64,000 bases of DNA from Candidatus Aldehydirespiratoraceae bacterium (GTDB lineage: Bacteria; Actinomycetota; Acidimicrobiia; Acidimicrobiales; Aldehydirespiratoraceae). Made by a program: the position numbers and the translations under genes. This document shows, piece by piece, positions 60,509 to 64,000 of the stretch (positions within the stretch are counted from its first letter, which is position 1; each line of letters begins with the position of its first letter). Location: the NCBI GenBank assembly GCA_965204595.1, contig CBDBEW010000005.1:614565-678564 (forward strand). Reading direction: 5' to 3'. The notes beneath the pieces were generated by a model. It was not told where the DNA came from. It worked only from the letters and a program-made list of their open reading frames with translations, and did no database searches.

Positions 60509-61521
60509 CTCGCCTCTATTTTCTTGCAGTAGTGGATGATGTGTTTGTAGACGACTGCGTAGTCTTGCGTTTGTTTGGTTTCGGTGATAACGTGTTGGCG
60601 TGTTGCCCAGCGGTCCGACCGCCAACGGTTGCCTTGGGGCGGATTCAGGCAACCCGTGTGCCCGGCGATAGTGATCACAGGCCCGTCGTCTCCTCTCGAC
60701 GAAAGGATAACCGCGGCAATAACACTAACTGCGAAACCGGCAAAACCCACCGCGCCACTCCTAAAGGATCTGGACGCGCGGGCGAGTCTCTTGAGTGCTG
60801 CGTTGGTAGCCGCACCTGCGGCAGGGCCGGCGCTTGTAGTAATGACGGTGTTTTCTAGTGTTTGCCAGAATTTGTCGGTTTTGTTGGGTAAGGGTGGGTG
60901 CCAGGGTAGGTCTGGGATGTTGGTGTTGGGACCGGGGCAGGCTCCGTCGTTGCCTTGGGGGTCGTTGGTGTCGCCGTCGCCGTTTACGTCGTGGGTGGCG
61001 CAGTGACGGTGCGGGTTTGTTGTTGCTTTGCCGCTGCTGTTTTTGTGGACATGCCAAAAGTCGGCTCCGTGGGCGTTGTTGCTTGCGTGGCTGAGGTCTC
61101 CGATCATGGCGTCGGTGAGGGCGATGTTCAACGGTTCTGTCCATGCGAACGTACACGTTCGGGTATGTCCCCCAACAGTTTTGGGTATGCTCGCCGTGCA
61201 GTTGTGAGCGCCTGAGTTCATCGTGGCCTCATCGGTGACAAGCCTGACAAGATTCGGGTTGAACCAACGCGTGGTCGTGTCGACTGGGTCTTTCCCAAGA
61301 CGTCCGTTGGGACTGCGCCAAGCCTCACCATCGGCCGGGTTAGCTGGATCAAGCCCATCACAGGTGACGGTGTCTGTTTCGGCATAAGTCACCCAGCCTG
61401 TTTTGTGGCTAGCGGTGACTGTGACTTGGTATTGTTGTCCGAACTCGGCGGGGTAGACCTCGGTGTTGTTGATGCTATGACGCACGATTATCTTTGTGTC
61501 CCCAGTTTTGCCGATACGCAA
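60505..61521 (-). CDS. 5'-truncated FN3-stem + A-type domain + inserted TM segment (orphan cassette)
   Basis: Homology to 62049..63050 starts mid-domain (..GTGLIPVRYTLRIGKTGDT..YPAEFGQQYQVTVTASHKTGWVTY) directly after an in-frame TGA at 61567..61569. There is no ATG or SD, and the listed start is TTG. It continues into the A domain, a 100-aa insertion (60547..60846) with a TM helix, and the shared tail KHIIHYCKKIEAR. Confidence 0.5.
   Translation of the reverse strand: MRIGKTGDTKIIVRHSINNTEVYPAEFGQQYQVTVTASHKTGWVTYAETDTVTCDGLDPANPADGEAWRSPNGRLGKDPVDTTTRWFNPNLVRLVTDEATMNSGAHNCTASIPKTVGGHTRTCTFAWTEPLNIALTDAMIGDLSHASNNAHGADFWHVHKNSSGKATTNPHRHCATHDVNGDGDTNDPQGNDGACPGPNTNIPDLPWHPPLPNKTDKFWQTLENTVITTSAGPAAGAATNAALKRLARASRSFRSGAVGFAGFAVSVIAAVILSSRGDDGPVITIAGHTGCLNPPQGNRWRSDRWATRQHVITETKQTQDYAVVYKHIIHYCKKIEAR
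60847..61130 (-). repeat. A-domain DNA repeat, copy c (its junction part sits at 60497..60546, separated by a 300-nt insertion)
   Basis: ccagaatttgtcggttttgttgggtaagggtgggtgccagggtaggtctgggatgttggtgttggg... through ..gtctccgatcatggcgtcggtgagg. Confidence 0.8.
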
Positions 61522-61566
61522 AGTGTAGCGTACCGGTATGAGGCCGGTGCCTACTGCACTGACTAG

Positions 61567-61818
61567 TCATTGAGCAAGTGGAGATGATTCTTCAAATTGC
61601 CGTCTTTTCCTGTGGAGCAAGACTCTTCTATATTCTTTAGTTGCAATAACTGTCCTGTACATAGCATGCACCACATGAAACGAATAGATTAAAATGTAGA
61701 GCAAACTATACTCAATAAATATCCAGTGAATCAAACCAAAGGTGCCACCGCAATAAAATCCGAGTGCAAAAAGTGCAGAACAAGCAAATCGAAAACTCGA
61801 AGGTTTTTCAGATCGCAT
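61567..61818 (-). CDS. hypothetical small membrane protein in an AT-rich insert
   Basis: 83-aa ORF with two or three hydrophobic segments and a basic tail. It is strikingly AT-rich compared with both flanks. Confidence 0.4.
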   Translation of the reverse strand: MRSEKPSSFRFACSALFALGFYCGGTFGLIHWIFIEYSLLYILIYSFHVVHAMYRTVIATKEYRRVLLHRKRRQFEESSPLAQ

Positions 61819-62048
61819 TAGCTTGCATTTTCCTCGCTAGGATCACAGTAGTGGTATGTTGATATTCGAGTGTCGGTGAATGATCCAAACGTTGAAGTTT
61901 CGGTTACTGTGTCTGACATCGGGGTTATATTATAGTTATATTATAGTTGGAGAGACAACCAGCAGCTGTGTCGCTGCGAAGCGGATTATTTGCCGCTACC
62001 AACGCAGAGACGGTGGGGAACAACTTCAACATCTCGGTGTCGCTGCGT

Positions 62049-63050
62049 TTAGTATAGTAACCGATGTGGGTCAATGTGCTCCCCTGTTCCAGCACCAACC
62101 ACCAAAATCCAAGCAGTCACAGTAGCCTTACTTAACACTGCGTAGTGCAGACTCGCAACGGAAATAATCGTAGATAAGTTTCTACCCCAATCATCCCAAG
62201 TCTTCCATTCGGTTCGTCCGAGTGCTTGGCATACTGTATCAGGGTCTTTGAGGAGTGTTATGTTTTCTGCCCAAGTTTCAGTACAGGTTCGGCTAGTCGT
62301 TGAGGGGGTTGTGCATGATCGGGACAACAATACTCGCTCAGCTGATTGAGGTGAGAAACGTGGACCGCGGAGTCGCCACGTCTCACTACGCAACCTATCT
62401 GTATATCCCTTTGTGCACATCGCACGACTAACAATGTTGCTGGGGCAGTCTTCGTCTGGGTCAAAGAAGTTGGGACTGTTCCAGTTGTCGGTGTGGGTGG
62501 GGCAGGTGATGGTGTCGGTGTCTGTGTAGGTCGCCCAGCCTGTTTTGTGGCTGGCGGTGACGGTGACTTGATATTGTTGTCCGAACTCGGCGGGGTAGAC
62601 TTCGATGTTGTTGCGCGTGTTTCGAACGCTGGTTTGGGTGTCGCTGGTTTTGCCTGTCTGCACCTTGTAGCTGGTCGGTGTAAGGCCAGTACCGGCATAT
62701 GGGTCGCTGAATTTGGCGACTAGCAACGCGTTGGTGGTGCATTCAAGTGTCAAAATGTTCCGCGGTGTGGTGGAACATTTCACTTTCGCGGCGGTTCCAG
62801 TTGTGCTTTGGTTGTCTATAGCGCGCACAGCCAACGTGAACACCTGCCCAGTGCCTAGAGAGTTGAATGTGTGGGTGTAGACACCACCGAGTCGGGTGCC
62901 TGCGGTGTCCCATGGCACTAGGTGTGGTGCTTCTGGCAAAGTAGATGCCTGCACTTCATAACGCACCGCGCCAGATGCTGGCATCCATGTAGCAGTCAAA
63001 CTGTTGCTAGACGCAGCGATGCACTTAAATCCAGTGACCTCTGGCGACAC
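62049..63050 (-). CDS. FN3-like repeat protein with a distinct Cys-rich C-terminal domain
   Basis: 333-aa ORF (GTG start). It has two FN3-like modules (..SLTATWMPASGAVRYEVQ..; ..YKVQTGKTSDT..YPAEFGQQYQVTVTASHKTGWATY), then an unrelated roughly 170-aa C-terminal region. There is no signal peptide, and an in-frame TAG lies at 63066..63068 just upstream. Confidence 0.55.
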   Translation of the reverse strand: MSPEVTGFKCIAASSNSLTATWMPASGAVRYEVQASTLPEAPHLVPWDTAGTRLGGVYTHTFNSLGTGQVFTLAVRAIDNQSTTGTAAKVKCSTTPRNILTLECTTNALLVAKFSDPYAGTGLTPTSYKVQTGKTSDTQTSVRNTRNNIEVYPAEFGQQYQVTVTASHKTGWATYTDTDTITCPTHTDNWNSPNFFDPDEDCPSNIVSRAMCTKGYTDRLRSETWRLRGPRFSPQSAERVLLSRSCTTPSTTSRTCTETWAENITLLKDPDTVCQALGRTEWKTWDDWGRNLSTIISVASLHYAVLSKATVTAWILVVGAGTGEHIDPHRLLY

Positions 63051-63313
63051 CGCGGTCGATGTGGCCTAGTTTCTCGGCACGGTCGTTGTCGACGTGGTCA
63101 TTGTGGTGGTGGTTGGGACGTATCGGGCGTGGCCTTGCATCTCGTGTTCTTGCGGGCCGTTGCGTGTGTGGATTTTGGGTGTGCTTCTTTGAATCGGAGC
63201 GTGGCGATAACGAGCGGAGTGGGTTGGGGGTCTGTCAGTTGGGTTTGCGGCCACGAGTCTTCCTCGGTCGAGCGGCACTACTTGCCGGTTCTTCGTTCAT
63301 CAACAATTCTCTG

Positions 63314-63697
63314 CTACGTCTCCGCAGCAGACTGTGGAGAGGAGTTTGCTGGTTTCTCTGCTAGAACGCTCTCTTCCGCGTCCTCAGCCGGTGGCGACGA
63401 ATCGATCCAATCAGAAACGCGCTGGTCGGCGGCTTCTGTAGAAGCCCAGTTGCTGTGCAGTCGAGAGCACCACTTCGCACCGAAATAAGATTTCAGAAGC
63501 AGCAACACCGGTATTAACGCCCCCACCACCGAATAGTATAGAAGAGTCGTCAATGCGTTTTCCACTCCACGCTTCTGCGCCAACAACACGAACATGACAC
63601 CAAACGCAGATCCCGGGACTGCGCCTAAGCAGAACGATATTGCTAGTTGAGTTGCACTGAAGCGTTCCCGGTCAACGTCTCGGTCGCGTGTCGTCAT
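63314..63697 (-). CDS. B-type cassette protein (small 2-TM protein with an acidic C-terminal tail)
   Basis: 127 aa. It starts 5 nt after the upstream TAA and is paralogous to 60089..60508 (shared FGAKW.SR.HS..ASTEA.DQR.SDW.DSS.PA.DAEESV.AEKPANSSPQSA). Confidence 0.6.
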   Translation of the reverse strand: MTTRDRDVDRERFSATQLAISFCLGAVPGSAFGVMFVLLAQKRGVENALTTLLYYSVVGALIPVLLLLKSYFGAKWCSRLHSNWASTEAADQRVSDWIDSSPPAEDAEESVLAEKPANSSPQSAAET

Positions 63698-64000
63698 GTC
63701 GGTTATCTCGCCTCAATAATGACTTTGTCTTCCAGAATAATGACGTTGTCTTCCAATGTTTTCCAGAATTTGTTGGTTTTGTTGGGTAAGGGTGGGTGCC
63801 AGGGTAGGTCTGGGATGTTGGTGTCAGGGTCGGGGCAGGTTCCGTCGTTGTCTTGGAGGTCGTTGGTGTCACCGTCGCCGTTCACGTCGTGGGTGAAGCA
63901 GTGCCGATGCGGGGTTGTTGCCGCTTTGCCGCTGCTGTTTTCATAAACATGCAAGAATTCGGCTCCGTGGGCGTAAAGGCTTCCATGGTCGAGATCTCTA
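63690..64000 (-). repeat. cassette junction/A-domain DNA repeat, copy d (runs off the window)
   Basis: See copy a. Confidence 0.85.
63703..64000 (-). CDS. A-type Cys/His/Asp-rich domain protein, 5' end beyond the window
   Basis: The frame is open to the window edge: ..RDLDHGSLYAHGAEFLHVYENSSGKAATTPHRHCFTHDVNGDGDTNDLQDNDGTCPDPDTNIPDLPWHPPLPNKTNKFWKTLEDNVIILEDKVIIEAR. Confidence 0.6.
   Translation of the reverse strand, partial: RDLDHGSLYAHGAEFLHVYENSSGKAATTPHRHCFTHDVNGDGDTNDLQDNDGTCPDPDTNIPDLPWHPPLPNKTNKFWKTLEDNVIILEDKVIIEAR

Noticed and set aside
59333-64000. A CRISPR array or other non-coding repeat array as the explanation for the repeated units.
   Set aside because: The repeats are 130-310 nt long, irregularly spaced, lie inside long ORFs and show codon-position-specific substitutions. 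There are no short regular repeat-spacer units and no cas genes in the window.

Overview
This 64-kb chromosomal window has a moderate-GC housekeeping backbone interrupted by three accessory patches. It is probably actinobacterial. That is inferred only from gene content: mutA-mutB-meaB, split pntAA/pntAB/pntB, a DUF222-type remnant and SLH-type wall-anchor modules. Backbone genes are betA (5'-partial), metY, a pabB-pabC fusion, a tightly coupled six-gene corrinoid methyltransferase operon built around a non-pyrrolysine MttB-family enzyme, and leuS. They also include pntAA-AB-B, mmsA plus a class III aminotransferase, M15 and S41 envelope peptidases, a SulP transporter, mutA-mutB-meaB and a citrate-synthase-like gene. 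Patch 1 (about 6.1-12.0 kb) holds a decayed IS3-family element, two shorter IS-derived remnants, three secreted or envelope genes and a helicase fragment. Patch 2 (22.6-37.6 kb, between leuS and pntAA) holds two unknown envelope genes, a type III-like Mod/Res pair with an unusually long Mod, an AT-rich block with an unknown gene and a truncated DUF222 gene. It ends in a markedly GC-rich block whose two genes (an SLH/Calx-beta/FN3 surface protein and a DUF2723/TPR membrane protein) need eight frame changes, all in the same direction. Patch 3 (55.7-64.0 kb) holds a C5-cytosine methyltransferase next to a frameshifted candidate endonuclease, and a divergent AAA ATPase. The most novel item lies in patch 3: a minus-strand array of repeated, recombined two-gene cassettes. 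Each pairs a Cys/His/Asp-rich domain protein with a small 2-TM protein across a conserved stop/start junction. The array is combined with an FN3 gene and a 5'-truncated copy of it that carries a different C-terminal domain. I recognise no characterised family for these cassettes. I found no rRNA, tRNA or CRISPR array by eye. All homology statements come from motif recognition by reading the translations, not from database searches.
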